From positions 1-24,183 of IMG/VR virus record IMGVR_UViG_3300036855_000003: a DNA stretch of 24,183 nucleotides; one strand, written 5' to 3'. Source of the DNA: a virus (lineage: Duplodnaviria; Caudoviricetes). The notes under the pieces were generated by a model. That model was not told the DNA's origin, searched no databases, and saw only the letters and a program-made list of their open reading frames with translations. Position 1 is the stretch's first letter. Each line of letters starts with the position of its first letter. Positions 8,236 to 16,298 of the stretch are shown piece by piece. The position numbers and the translations under genes were made by a program.

Positions 8236-9055
8236 TACGCACGTCCTGTCAGTCTATCCAGCTTGTCCTGCGCTTCCTCCGGCGAGAGGCCGCGCAGTCG
8301 CGGATCAAGCTTCTGCGCCCGGGCCAGGTCTACGATCCGGCCGCCACCACGGCGAGCCGATAGGCCCGGCCTCCTGATGGGGAGAGGACGTGGTATGGAC
8401 GTACTGGTATGCCCGGAAGCGTACATCCACCCAAGGTTCCGGATCTCATCGACCAGCGTAGCCATTAGCATCTCCACCGCGCTCCACGGAGCCGCTACCG
8501 GATCAGCCGCACGCCTCACAAGGCTGTCGTCCGGCAGCTCATTCCGTATTGCGGTATTCAGCGCACTCTCCGGAGGAAGGTGTTCCACGAATACAAGCAG
8601 CTTCCTCCAGCCGAATCCACCCGGCCTGAATAGGTCTAGGTAATCGATCCCATAGAATCGCTGGAGGTCTGCCTCTATCGCTTCCTGGAACGTCTCCGTG
8701 AGCCAGAGAGCCTTGCTGATTTTCCCTGGGTCAGCCTCGCCTGCCTACCGCATTCCGCGAATACCGCCTCAATCTGGAAGTTCTTGAGGTCGGCATCCAT
8801 CCACGCCTGGTACTCCTCGTCATCCTCGATAACGGCACGGGCCCAGGAGTCCCAGTCACCGGTAGACGCTGCCCGCATCGCGGAGGAGGACCAGTCGTTT
8901 GCGTGGGTCACATGAACGACCGTCCGGTCAATCCGTACGGTAGTCGGCTGGCCCACAGACTCACGGCGTAGCGGTTCGCTGAGTACGTCAAGGTCAACAT
9001 CGACCTCAATGTCATCGTCAGGCTCATCGGCCGGACGGAGATCGGCTTCACTCAT
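8235..9055 (-). CDS. Tail assembly chaperone, long frameshifted form (about 273 aa, -1 shift at 8720..8726)
   Basis: The -1 frame after GGGAAAA reads GKISKALWLTETFQEAIEADLQRFYGIDYLDLFRPGGFGWRKLLVFVEHLPPESAL and joins the 8235..8588 ORF; EADL..YG.D...L...LP is typical of actinophage G-T products. Confidence 0.88.
8675..9055 (-). CDS. Tail assembly chaperone, short form, 126 aa
   Basis: Between major tail and tape measure; acidic; contains the slippery site near its 3' end. Confidence 0.88.
   Translation of the reverse strand: MSEADLRPADEPDDDIEVDVDLDVLSEPLRRESVGQPTTVRIDRTVVHVTHANDWSSSAMRAASTGDWDSWARAVIEDDEEYQAWMDADLKNFQIEAVFAECGRQARLTQGKSARLSGSRRRSRKR
8720..8726 (-). other. Programmed -1 frameshift slippery heptamer G GGA AAA
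   Basis: Minus strand ACC CAG GGA AAA TCA, in the correct X XXY YYZ phase; -1 frame open to 8235. Confidence 0.9.
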
Positions 9056-9056
9056 C

Positions 9057-9698
9057 TCAGGTCCCGAAGTATGCGGTGACGTCCTGGCCGTAGTCGATAT
9101 AGCGCTTGGCTACACCGGCCACCTGGTCCGTACCGTCATCGATGATGCCGGGATAGAAGGTCCATGTGATGTCGATGGACTCGATGTCAGCCTGCTGAAC
9201 CTGGTCGTTGCCCCGGGCCGTGACCTTCGCGAACGGAGCGTACAGGCGCATGCTCTTGTCGCCGTCGATGCTGTCGAATATCAGGCTGTAACGGTTGTCG
9301 TCTGGCGGGTCCGGGATGACGTAGCTCGCGACGGTACCGGATACCGGCTTGAGCGGCGAGGAGGCCGTGGGGAAGATCGGCACGTCATCGTAGAGAGCCC
9401 GGACGTGCGGGTTGAGAGCCTCCAGGAAGGTAGCCTGGACGCTCTTGGAACCACCGGTCAGGATGCTCCGGATTGGCGTGAGGACTCCGGCCGCTGGCAC
9501 ATCCTTGATCGTCTCGTCCAGCTTGAAGATATAGCCGGAGGTATCGACCCAGCCGAGGCAGACATAGGTGCCTCCGGTAACGGCCGTCACATCCTCGAAT
9601 GCGAGTGGGGCTCCGGCATTCGGGAGCCCGGCCCAGACGATAACGTCACCTGCTGCGTAGAGTAGCTGGTTGTCCTTTGTTGGAGCTGGAGTTGTCAC
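9057..9698 (-). CDS. Major tail (tube) protein, 213 aa
   Basis: GTG start after GAGGGA; LGWVDTSG, ATFLE, FDSIDGDK motifs of actinophage tail tube proteins; synteny. Confidence 0.88.
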   Translation of the reverse strand: MTTPAPTKDNQLLYAAGDVIVWAGLPNAGAPLAFEDVTAVTGGTYVCLGWVDTSGYIFKLDETIKDVPAAGVLTPIRSILTGGSKSVQATFLEALNPHVRALYDDVPIFPTASSPLKPVSGTVASYVIPDPPDDNRYSLIFDSIDGDKSMRLYAPFAKVTARGNDQVQQADIESIDITWTFYPGIIDDGTDQVAGVAKRYIDYGQDVTAYFGT

Positions 9699-9706
9699 TT
9701 TCCCTC

Positions 9707-10096
9707 CTACGGGTGAATCTGTAGTTCGTACGTGGCACCGTAATGCGAAATGTTGGGGTTGGCCTCCGGGAGTGGTCGAGGTCCGGCTATTGTGACGGCG
9801 TGCTGAATGACTCCATTCGTTACCTTGGTCCCCATTAGGGACTGGATGTCTGACTGGATCTCTCTCGCAGCAGTAGAGACGTTACCAGTTTCGGCTATAG
9901 GCCCAAATACATCGATATCAATAATCGGCCGATCAACATGAATGTCGCGGTTCGCTCCGGAGATCCGGTGGACCCGGGCAACAATTCCCTCCGGGTCACC
10001 GGCCGGCATGATCGTCACAAACCGGATATCCGGCCGTCTAGGCACAAGCGCGTATAGGACGGCCGACTCAGCGTCTGGGAATACCGGGACGGTCAT
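9707..10096 (-). CDS. Tail terminator, 129 aa
   Basis: FPDAE start, VHRISG, DRPIIDIDVF, GPRPLP...YGATYEL; immediately upstream of the major tail gene. Confidence 0.82.
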   Translation of the reverse strand: MTVPVFPDAESAVLYALVPRRPDIRFVTIMPAGDPEGIVARVHRISGANRDIHVDRPIIDIDVFGPIAETGNVSTAAREIQSDIQSLMGTKVTNGVIQHAVTIAGPRPLPEANPNISHYGATYELQIHP

Positions 10097-10097
10097 A

Positions 10098-10418
10098 TCA
10101 CACCCTCTGGAATGCGGCGCGAGCTAGCACACGGTAGGGCTCCGCGCCCCAGCTAGCGTATTCAACATAGATGGCCTCCGGCGAGTCGTTATACACAACC
10201 GCCTCCGCACGGTCGTTAGTCGCTCCTCCGCGAGCCGATACCCGGATATGGAAGCTGCCCTTGTACCGGCCGGGATGCGGCCCGTTCTCATCGACCGGTG
10301 ATATGACTTCGGCTCGCGTCCGGATCTCCTCCGCGTGCCTCAGCATAACATCCTGCATGAACGGAGCCCGTAGCATCTCGCCCACACCTCTGTGGTCCGG
10401 CCGGAAGGTCGCCGTCAT
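10098..10418 (-). CDS. Neck / tail completion protein (HK97 gp10-like), 106 aa
   Basis: ATG 10418 overlaps the upstream TGA; SPV...GRYKGSF, VYNDSPEAIYVEY, YRVLARA. Confidence 0.78.
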   Translation of the reverse strand: MTATFRPDHRGVGEMLRAPFMQDVMLRHAEEIRTRAEVISPVDENGPHPGRYKGSFHIRVSARGGATNDRAEAVVYNDSPEAIYVEYASWGAEPYRVLARAAFQRV

Positions 10419-10759
10419 ACCGATACTCCCGTCACCCGGCTGAGACGTACCTGGATAGGCGAGGTATTGCCGCTGAACGGCGACACCCACGAGGAGATAT
10501 CACCCTGAACCTCGTATCGCGAGCCGGCAACCTCGATTGCGTCAAGCGGTGATACCTTTGTGCCGAATGGGAGGTACACCACGAGATCGGTCGTTACCTG
10601 GTCCGTGAACTGGGTGAACTCGTTGCTCCCGGACGGCTGGACTACGGCCTGCGGTATCTGCTCCGGGCTCTCCGAGTAGGTATCGTTGCCGCGCTCATCG
10701 GTACCGGAGACCGTGCGCCGGATCAGCGTGATAGTCTGCCCATACGGGAAGTTAGGCAC
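10415..10759 (-). CDS. Head-to-tail stopper, 114 aa
   Basis: GAGGAGG SD and GTG; DERGN, VQP, D.IEV.G.RYEVQGD...W.SPFSG, RVTG. Confidence 0.85.
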   Translation of the reverse strand: MPNFPYGQTITLIRRTVSGTDERGNDTYSESPEQIPQAVVQPSGSNEFTQFTDQVTTDLVVYLPFGTKVSPLDAIEVAGSRYEVQGDISSWVSPFSGNTSPIQVRLSRVTGVSV

Positions 10760-10859
10760 GATCGGCCTCCTCAGGCTCCGGGTCTGGGATCGTTACCTGA
10801 GTCTGGACTGGATAGCGCTCGCCACCCACGACCACAGCTCCGGTAACGATGACGATCAT
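10752..10859 (-). CDS. Mini-protein, 35 aa, paralogous to the central hairpin of the upstream 94-aa protein
   Basis: Not in the ORF track. ATG overlaps the upstream TGA (ATGA); MIVIVTGAVVVGGERYPVQTQVTIPDPEPEEADRA*; fills the gap exactly and overlaps the stopper start by 8 nt. Confidence 0.7.
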   Translation of the reverse strand: MIVIVTGAVVVGGERYPVQTQVTIPDPEPEEADRA

Positions 10860-11140
10860 GGGATCGTGCAGGAGAACACGGCCGGGTCGGACGTACCCTG
10901 GAAGACCATCCCGGCCGCATCCGAGGTCGGCACCTCGAATTGCTCTGAGGCCGGAGGAGTCCCGGGCAGGGTCATGGTCGTTTCGACCTGGTACCGGGTA
11001 CCTCCGATGACCGCCGCTCCGCTGACCGTCGCGCCGGACGGATCGACAGCGTCATTGCCGTCAACCGAGTAGGTGAAGGTGACGATCTGGCCGTGCGCCG
11101 GAGCGGTATCGTCGGCATTGATAGAACACGAGATGGGCAT
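10856..11140 (-). CDS. Hypothetical all-beta (Ig-like?) virion protein, 94 aa
   Basis: Starts 1 nt after the adaptor stop; alternating beta pattern, P.HGQIVTFTYSV resembles Ig-like strand A/B; one Cys near each end. Confidence 0.7.
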   Translation of the reverse strand: MPISCSINADDTAPAHGQIVTFTYSVDGNDAVDPSGATVSGAAVIGGTRYQVETTMTLPGTPPASEQFEVPTSDAAGMVFQGTSDPAVFSCTIP

Positions 11141-11141
11141 G

Positions 11142-11786
11142 TTACGTCCTTAGCTGTAGCGTTCCCTGGCTCTTGTGGTACTCCGCAAGCACTGTCTTCA
11201 GGCCAGCGTCATCTAGTGCTGCCTTGAGACCGGCTCCGGACGTACGCCGCATCGAGTAGCTATAAGCTCCGATGCTCTCCGACGCAAGCGTAGCAGACAT
11301 GGTAGGAGTGGATAGCTCAGAAATGATAGCAGTACAAAGTACGGCAACAACCTCATCCGGAGTCTCCTCGTATCCGTGCGACCCAATAACCTGATATGAA
11401 TTCGACCACCAGTTAGTCTCATACCAGAATTCAGGAAGGTTGATAACACCGGAATGGGTAGGCCCGGGAACGGTAATGGTATCGATGCTGTCGAACGAAT
11501 ACCAGGTAACCGGAATGTCTGGAATACCGGGCAGCCCAGACTTAGCAGTCACCGACTCGATTGATTCGACCGGACGCCACGGCAGCACGATCGTGCCGCG
11601 CTCCGCTACGGCAATCAGTACGTCGTGCGGCTTCCAGTCAAATGAGACCTTGTTACAGAAGGCCCGGATGATCGCAGAACCGTCGCGGAGGAGCGCATCC
11701 ACCCGGGCCATTTCGACCTGGTTCAGGTTGCGGCCTAGCCTCGCCACGATGTCATCTGGCGAGGCGAGGCTAGGCAGCGAGCCCAT
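11142..11786 (-). CDS. Head-to-tail adaptor, 214 aa
   Basis: After capsid, AGGAGG SD; LASPDDIVARLGR.L...ALLRDGSAIIR, LPWRPV.SI.SV, HGYEETPDEV, SESIGAYSYS. Confidence 0.85.
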   Translation of the reverse strand: MGSLPSLASPDDIVARLGRNLNQVEMARVDALLRDGSAIIRAFCNKVSFDWKPHDVLIAVAERGTIVLPWRPVESIESVTAKSGLPGIPDIPVTWYSFDSIDTITVPGPTHSGVINLPEFWYETNWWSNSYQVIGSHGYEETPDEVVAVLCTAIISELSTPTMSATLASESIGAYSYSMRRTSGAGLKAALDDAGLKTVLAEYHKSQGTLQLRT

Positions 11787-11794
11787 GAGACCTC

Positions 11795-12970
11795 CTAGCT
11801 GGACTTGGTGGAGCGGCTGGACCTGGAGGTCGTACCGGAGTCTTCCGGAGCGGCAACCGCAGCCTGCTCTGTGGCCTCGCGCTCATCCAGGATTGCCTGC
11901 TCCCACTGGGAGCGGGTCATCAGCTGCTCGCCGTCCGCACCCTCAACCATCTGCGGGCCGGAGACCGGGTAGCCGGTCTTGACGTCGATTGCCGAGATCC
12001 CTGCCGGCGTAGCTCCGACCGGGAGGACAGCGCCGAACGGCCACCGGGCCGTGATCGCCTTGTTCGGCTCCATGATCGTGACCGGGTTGACGGTGGCGTA
12101 CGCGAGGCGCATCGTCATCCGCATCGCCACGGAGTCCTGCTGCATCAGGTTCAGGATGACCTTGCCGGAATCGTCGGAGATCACGCCCTGGTCGAACATC
12201 TTGAAGCTGATGTCGCGCCGGATTCCGATCAGGGACTTGGTGAAGTCCCCCATCAGAAGCTCCGCGCCGGTCAGGCCGAAGTTCCACGAGCCGTTCTGGA
12301 CCTCCGCTAGGGTGTAGCCGTACAGGCCCTTGCCGGTCGGGCTGGTCGTCATGTCCGGGTTGTAGATCGGCACGCCCTGCGCCGACCGGAGGCCGGAGAG
12401 CTTCCAGCTCATTCCCGGCATCGCCGCGAAGCCGTTGACCGTGTAGCCGGACTGGGCCATTGCCAGGCCCAGGTTCGATACGTCCACACCGAGGTCGGTA
12501 CCCGCTCCCTCGACAACGACGTGGCCGGACTTGCCGGCACCCACGAATACCGCCTCACCCCAGGTGGACGGCTTGTTGAGACCCCAGAGCACAGCGGAGT
12601 CGATCAGCGCGCCCACGGCCTCCGTGATACGCGGCTGGACCTGGCCCCAGAGCGGAACGTCTGCATCGTCGATGTAGGCTTCCGGGATCGGAACGATACA
12701 GGCCAGCTCCTCCACGACCAGCACGACGTTCTTCCACTGCTGCTGCGTGGTCTGCTTCATGCCCGTGTCGCCACCGACCCAGTATGCGACCGGAAGGACG
12801 TCAAGCACGGGAAGCCGCTGGGTCTTGGACGAGAGCGGCGTGCTCGCCATGATCGACAGAGCCGCGCTCGCCTTCGGAGCTTCCTGGATGATCGCGTCGG
12901 ACAGAGGCTGTGGGACCAGCGGGTCCGGTGCACCTGATGTCCGGGCTACTCCTGTGTTGTAGATCGGCAT
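11795..12970 (-). CDS. Major capsid protein (HK97 fold), 391 aa, with a C-terminal extension of about 74 aa
   Basis: Likely start is ATG 12970 (MPIYNTG) after GGAAAGG; LVPQP, LPVL...AYWVG, EELACIVPIPE, IDSAVLWG, GDF, NLMQQDSVAMR motifs. Confidence 0.93.
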   Translation of the reverse strand: MPIYNTGVARTSGAPDPLVPQPLSDAIIQEAPKASAALSIMASTPLSSKTQRLPVLDVLPVAYWVGGDTGMKQTTQQQWKNVVLVVEELACIVPIPEAYIDDADVPLWGQVQPRITEAVGALIDSAVLWGLNKPSTWGEAVFVGAGKSGHVVVEGAGTDLGVDVSNLGLAMAQSGYTVNGFAAMPGMSWKLSGLRSAQGVPIYNPDMTTSPTGKGLYGYTLAEVQNGSWNFGLTGAELLMGDFTKSLIGIRRDISFKMFDQGVISDDSGKVILNLMQQDSVAMRMTMRLAYATVNPVTIMEPNKAITARWPFGAVLPVGATPAGISAIDVKTGYPVSGPQMVEGADGEQLMTRSQWEQAILDEREATEQAAVAAPEDSGTTSRSSRSTKSS

Positions 12971-13013
12971 TGCTGCCTGGACCTTTCCGCGCTGAGCGCG
13001 GGTACGCTCGCGC

Positions 13014-13652
13014 TTACTCCGTATTACCAGTAACAAGGTCCCTGAACCACTGGTCCGGAGTGTTGGGCGTTCCGCCTCTGGCCGGCTGTGATCCTGGACG
13101 CATGGACTCGACGGGCCTGCGCCCAGGAGGACCGTTGCGGCCTCCACCTCCTCCGGGCTGGATCCCTCCATCGGTGATGGTGAATCCAGCCCTGGTGAGG
13201 ATTTCTTCAACTCTCGCCTGAACGGTCGTTTCGATCTCTCCGGCGATAGCCTCTGCACGGTCGTTGATCTCATCCTCGGTGCCGCCACCGAGGTAATCGA
13301 TCAGGCCGACTGGTAGGTCATGCGCGGCCGCAGCCATCACACGGGTATGGTCGGCGCGAGCCTCATCCCGTTCCCGCTCTGCTGTGGCCTGTGCTGACTG
13401 GGCCTTCTCAAGTTCGGACATCTGGGACTGCTTGAGCGTTGCCAGCTCCGTCGCGGCTGCCGAATTCTCCCGGGCTCGCCGCTCGTGCTTCCGGGCCTGA
13501 GTCCTCCAGTGAGCTAGCTGTTCAGCTAGCTTATCCGGATCTTGCTCATCATCGCCCTGCTGCCCCTGCTGGCCTTCCGGCTCCTCTGGATCTCCTGCAG
13601 ATCCTTCCTGGCCCTGTGCAGGACCAGTCGGCTCCGGCGCTCCCTCACTCAT
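13014..13652 (-). CDS. Capsid scaffolding protein, 212 aa
   Basis: GGGAGGA SD; acidic disordered N-terminus, WRTQARKHERRAREN and MSELEKAQ coiled coil, G.TEDEI..RA; directly upstream of capsid. Confidence 0.87.
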   Translation of the reverse strand: MSEGAPEPTGPAQGQEGSAGDPEEPEGQQGQQGDDEQDPDKLAEQLAHWRTQARKHERRARENSAAATELATLKQSQMSELEKAQSAQATAERERDEARADHTRVMAAAAHDLPVGLIDYLGGGTEDEINDRAEAIAGEIETTVQARVEEILTRAGFTITDGGIQPGGGGGRNGPPGRRPVESMRPGSQPARGGTPNTPDQWFRDLVTGNTE

Positions 13653-13694
13653 GCGTCCTCCCTGCGTGGGTGCCCATGCCCACTATAAAGGCGA

Positions 13695-13723
13695 ATTATA
13701 GACCTCTCCCGGCCGGGAGGGAA
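13695..13723 (-). promoter_or_regulatory. Putative promoter for scaffold/capsid: TTCCCT-N17-TATAAT overlapping a perfect 14-bp palindrome
   Basis: TATAAT at 13700..13695; CTCCCGGCCGGGAG at 13706..13719; located in the longest intergenic gap (73 nt). Confidence 0.5.
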
Positions 13724-13725
13724 GC

Positions 13726-13998
13726 TCATCCCTTCCGGGCCTTCTTTGCTGCTGCCGCAGCCTGCTCGACTCCCGGAGCGTGGCCGGGCCATCCCCCGGT
13801 AGCACGCTTGTGAAGATTGGCGCACAGGCCTTTCACAACTCCCGGGCCGACGTACTTGGAAAGGTGGGAGACACACCGGTCGAAATCACCAGGCACGCCC
13901 CACCGGATCTGAGCCGCTCCCTTCCCTTCGGCCCAGTATACCATGAGCCTCTGGGTGGACTTAACATCCTGCGGGCTCACCTCGCGTCCTGCTACCAT
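13726..13998 (-). CDS. Conserved actinophage head-region protein of unknown function, 90 aa
   Basis: TAATG overlap; YW..GKGAAQIRWGVPGDFDRCV..L.KY......GLCANLH..ATG.WPG, a motif I recall from actinophage head modules. Confidence 0.75.
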   Translation of the reverse strand: MVAGREVSPQDVKSTQRLMVYWAEGKGAAQIRWGVPGDFDRCVSHLSKYVGPGVVKGLCANLHKRATGGWPGHAPGVEQAAAAAKKARKG

Positions 13999-14324
13999 TA
14001 CACTGCCTCCACCATGAGCGGCCCACAGTCGGCCGTCCTCCGCTTGCCTGTTACGTCCACACAGTCAACCCGCCACCAGTAGGACCCGGTAATGCCGGTG
14101 TTCGCAGCGGGGATATCGAAATGGGAGATCGTTGCCCCGGTGTTATCCGGGTCGGTCACTACATCGCTGTCATACGTCTGGACGGCCGGGTCAGAGTCGG
14201 CCGTGCCCTTATTCGGCTTGGTAAAGAATTCGGCGGTCATCCCGGTACCATCGCTGATATCCGGGAAGCGAGCCGTAACCACGACGTCATTCCCGCGTGG
14301 GAATACCAGTCCGGTCTGATCCAT
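13998..14324 (-). CDS. Putative fibre-anchoring protein (BppU N-terminal / T5 p132-like beta sandwich), 108 aa
   Basis: RGNDVVVT...TGMTAEF..K...IPAANT...GSYWWRVD...G..RT...G.L.V pattern; coupled to the repeat protein by TAATG. Confidence 0.6.
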   Translation of the reverse strand: MDQTGLVFPRGNDVVVTARFPDISDGTGMTAEFFTKPNKGTADSDPAVQTYDSDVVTDPDNTGATISHFDIPAANTGITGSYWWRVDCVDVTGKRRTADCGPLMVEAV

Positions 14325-16273
14325 TAGGACACCTCCACACGAGGCCGCTCTACAACAACATTCGCCTTTGTGCTATTCAGGGTAACTCCGGCCGTCACCC
14401 GGTCAGTCTCGATGAGCACGACCGGCCGGATAACGGATATCGTAACGCGAGGTCCGGGCTCCACGATGACCACAGCCGTGATGTGATCAGGCAGGAGACC
14501 GGCGACGTACGGAGGCAGGACCCAGCCGTCAGCCCCAGAGCCGGTAGCCGCGAGCCCGGCCACCATGAGCACGGCCGTAACAGCTCCGTCGCCTCCGGAG
14601 CCGGTAGCCGACGATCCGGCGAGATAGCCGAGGACGGAGATGGCCCCTGCGGCCTCCGAGGTGGCAGCTGCCAGCCCGGAGACCGCGAGGATAGCCGTTA
14701 CCGTCCCGGAGCCCGCAGAAGCCATCTGAGAGCTGCCGGCGAGTGTCCCTGCCGTACCGAGCGAGCCGGACGCGAGCGAGGCCGTTGAGCTGAAGCCGAC
14801 AAGCTCCAGGACGTGAGCAACGATGACTACCGAGCCAGACCCGGCCGTAATTGTCGCAGAGGACCCGGCTAGCGGGGAGGTCCGGCTGATCGCCCCATCA
14901 GCGCGGCTCAGTGTGAGCGAGAGCCCACTCAGCCCCATGAGGAGGGTCACGGTCCCGGCCGCGAGCGAGGAGGACGCAGAGAGCCCGGACAGCGGTGTGA
15001 AGATCCCTATGGCGCCAGATCCAGCAGAGCCCGTAGCCGACACGCCGGCCAGCTGGTAGGTGATCGCCCCACTGACGATGGTCACCGTTCCGGAAGCCGA
15101 TGAGGCCGTGACCGACGATCCGGCGAGCGGAGTAGTCCGGCCGATCGCACCAGAGCCCGTGCTGGCTGTCGAGGAGGAGCCGACAACAGCCATCGCCAGG
15201 ACGATCGTCCCGTTGCCGGCTGTCGAGGTCGCAGAGCTTCCGGCGAGCGGCGTGAACCTCCCCACGGCTCCGGTCGCAAGAGAGGCCGTAGCGGAGGACC
15301 CGGCCACGATCGCCGTCATGACTACGGTTCCGGCCGCACTGCTGGCCGTCGCAGAGGAGCCCGCCACTGGCGTGAACCGGCTGAGCGCGCCGGACGCAAG
15401 AGAGCCGGTAGCAGAGGACCCGGCCAGGACCATCGTCAGGACTACCGTGCCGCTGCCTGCGCTCGCCGTCGCGGAGCTTCCGGCCACCCGGGCCTGAAGG
15501 CTGATCGTCCCAGAAGCAGAGCTAGCGGTCGCAGAGGACCCAGCTAGCGACATTTTCTGGATTAGCGCTCCAGACCCAGCCGACGCTGTATCCGAGAGCC
15601 CGCTCACCGCAGCCCGCAGACTGATTGCACCACTCGCCTGGGAAACGGTAGCACTCGTGCCGGATAGGATATCAGGCAGGAATGTAATGACGCCAATATC
15701 ATATGCCGGGCTGCCAGAATTTGTGGCGCTAAATGTCTGCGAGCTAGCGGATGGCGCATTGAGGTAAGCACTGGTAATGACCGTGCCGGTACTGAAGTTC
15801 TCAATCAGGGTCCAGCTCAGTCCGGTCGGATTTGTAGAACCTGACTGGCTGATGCCGCCAATACACACTTCGCCCGTAGTGGTAAGCGCTCCGGTAGCGG
15901 CGGACATAGATGTGCCTGTACCACCATTACCGGCCGGATTCTTGTCCTTAGTCCAGACACCAGGAATGCCGATAATGGTAGCCCGGACGTTCTGGCTAGC
16001 CGACGGCTTAACAGTAAACGTATCGGCTGTAGTTAGCCCTTTTGAATTTGATCCCCAGGCAAATGCTAGCGTACGCTGTGCTGCCGATGAGGTAAACGGA
16101 GTCCAGACAGTACCCTTTGTATCGGTAACGGATGTCAGCGTAAATGATGCTGCTGCTATGCTGACAATAGCAACCAGCATATCCCCGGCTGCCGGAGCCG
16201 TCGTGACCGGAACGCTAAGTGATGTGGTAGCCGAAGCTGAGGAAGCGTGCCCGACAATGTACGGCACCGCCAT
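14324..16273 (-). CDS. Fibre-like virion protein, 649 aa: N-terminal beta domain, 19 repeats of about 20 aa, beta-rich C-terminus
   Basis: AGGGAGGTG SD; Ala/Ser/Gly/Thr rich; repeats read directly from the translation. Confidence 0.75.
   Translation of the reverse strand: MAVPYIVGHASSASATTSLSVPVTTAPAAGDMLVAIVSIAAASFTLTSVTDTKGTVWTPFTSSAAQRTLAFAWGSNSKGLTTADTFTVKPSASQNVRATIIGIPGVWTKDKNPAGNGGTGTSMSAATGALTTTGEVCIGGISQSGSTNPTGLSWTLIENFSTGTVITSAYLNAPSASSQTFSATNSGSPAYDIGVITFLPDILSGTSATVSQASGAISLRAAVSGLSDTASAGSGALIQKMSLAGSSATASSASGTISLQARVAGSSATASAGSGTVVLTMVLAGSSATGSLASGALSRFTPVAGSSATASSAAGTVVMTAIVAGSSATASLATGAVGRFTPLAGSSATSTAGNGTIVLAMAVVGSSSTASTGSGAIGRTTPLAGSSVTASSASGTVTIVSGAITYQLAGVSATGSAGSGAIGIFTPLSGLSASSSLAAGTVTLLMGLSGLSLTLSRADGAISRTSPLAGSSATITAGSGSVVIVAHVLELVGFSSTASLASGSLGTAGTLAGSSQMASAGSGTVTAILAVSGLAAATSEAAGAISVLGYLAGSSATGSGGDGAVTAVLMVAGLAATGSGADGWVLPPYVAGLLPDHITAVVIVEPGPRVTISVIRPVVLIETDRVTAGVTLNSTKANVVVERPRVEVS
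14504..15667 (-). repeat. Nineteen degenerate tandem repeats, 20 aa / 60 bp (two units are 25 and 23 aa)
   Basis: Consensus [LV]AGSSATxSxxSG[AT][IVL]xxxxx, e.g. LAGSSATASSASGTISLQAR, VAGSSATASAGSGTVVLTMV, LAGSSATGSLASGALSRFTP; plus-strand gaggacccgg/gagcttccgg recurs every 60 nt. Confidence 0.92.
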
Positions 16274-16298
16274 GGCACACCTCCCTGCTATACCATCA

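Noticed and set aside
12971-13288. 106-codon upstream extension of the capsid ORF overlapping the scaffold (possible scaffold-capsid frameshift fusion)
   Set aside because: Extension is low-information sequence, ATG 12970 has its own SD, and no slippery site was seen; open alternative frames are common at this GC.
13703-13722. Palindrome as a rho-independent terminator
   Set aside because: No loop and no U-tract follows; treated as a possible operator instead.
14504-15667. 60-bp periodic DNA as a CRISPR array or DGR repeat
   Set aside because: Degenerate in-frame coding repeats with no unique spacers, no cas or reverse transcriptase gene, and no adenine-specific variation seen.
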